A DNA stretch of 63,849 nt, the filler included, from Welwitschia mirabilis (lineage: Eukaryota), in NCBI GenBank assembly GCA_051453625.1. It is 5 parts of one record of this genome, joined end to end, with 100 filler letters (N's around TTAATTAATTAA, not from the genome) between each part and the next. Parts side by side here need not be neighbours in the genome. Positions count along the whole stretch, not along the records: positions 62,578 to 63,849 come from JBOZIK010000001.1; 4 more parts are not named here. One strand, written 5' to 3'. Below, one piece after another: positions 63,518 through 63,849 of this stretch (positions are counted from its first letter, which is position 1; the number at the start of each line of letters is the position of its first letter). The notes beneath the pieces were generated by a model. The model ran no database searches, was not told the origin of the DNA, and saw only the letters and a list, made by a program, of their open reading frames with translations. The translations under genes were made by a program, and so were the position numbers.

Positions 63518-63849
63518 TATTATGATGTGTATTTATGCAATGTTTTATACTTCAATGTCAATCCTATTAATTATAAATAAGATGAAAAATAAAACACGCT
63601 AGTATAGACGAAGTGATCTAAATATCATAATTCCGTCGAAGGCCAATGGTATGGATAATTTTAAAGAAGAAATATATAACTTAAATCTATTAATTTAAAT
63701 TGCAATGCATAAAATAGAATAGCAATGCAAGACTAATCTATGAAAATAAATAGCGATGCACCTAATATAATCAAGCTCAACTTTAACAAAGGCTGCCCTC
63801 ATAATCTATATAATTAAAGAAACCTGTCACGAATCTAGAACAACATAAA
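63518..63849 (-). repeat. 5' LTR, truncated by the window end
   Basis: TATTATGATGTGTATTTATGC edge 3 nt from the PBS; resembles the LTRs at 7210 and 52146. Confidence 0.8.

Overview
Very AT-rich, gene-free plant heterochromatin made almost entirely of decayed, nested LTR retrotransposons, in a gappy draft assembly. Four artificial 44N-TTAATTAATTAA-44N linkers split the window into five scaffold pieces, and many short gaps are flanked by duplicated sequence. Most copies are Ty3/Gypsy Athila-type, with an Asp-tRNA primer-binding site (PBS), LTR ends resembling TGTTGTGGTG...CATCACAACA, and gag-PR-RT-RH-IN remnants. There is also a Ty1/Copia SIRE-type element that has lost most of pol but keeps an env-like ORF; its 3' LTR is split by a three-LTR Athila insertion flanked by a duplicated AAGAC. 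I found no intact coding sequence, host gene, RNA gene or CRISPR array, and no convincing new protein system. The observations most worth following up are: (1) a ~40-bp nested hairpin repeated in U3, the leader and the PR-RT spacer of the Athila subfamilies present; (2) nine PBS copies whose decay is almost entirely C>T/G>A, including non-CG contexts; (3) a multi-copy Athila derivative lacking the capsid domain; (4) same-strand serial nesting and a tandem three-LTR element. Coordinates and divergences were read by eye.
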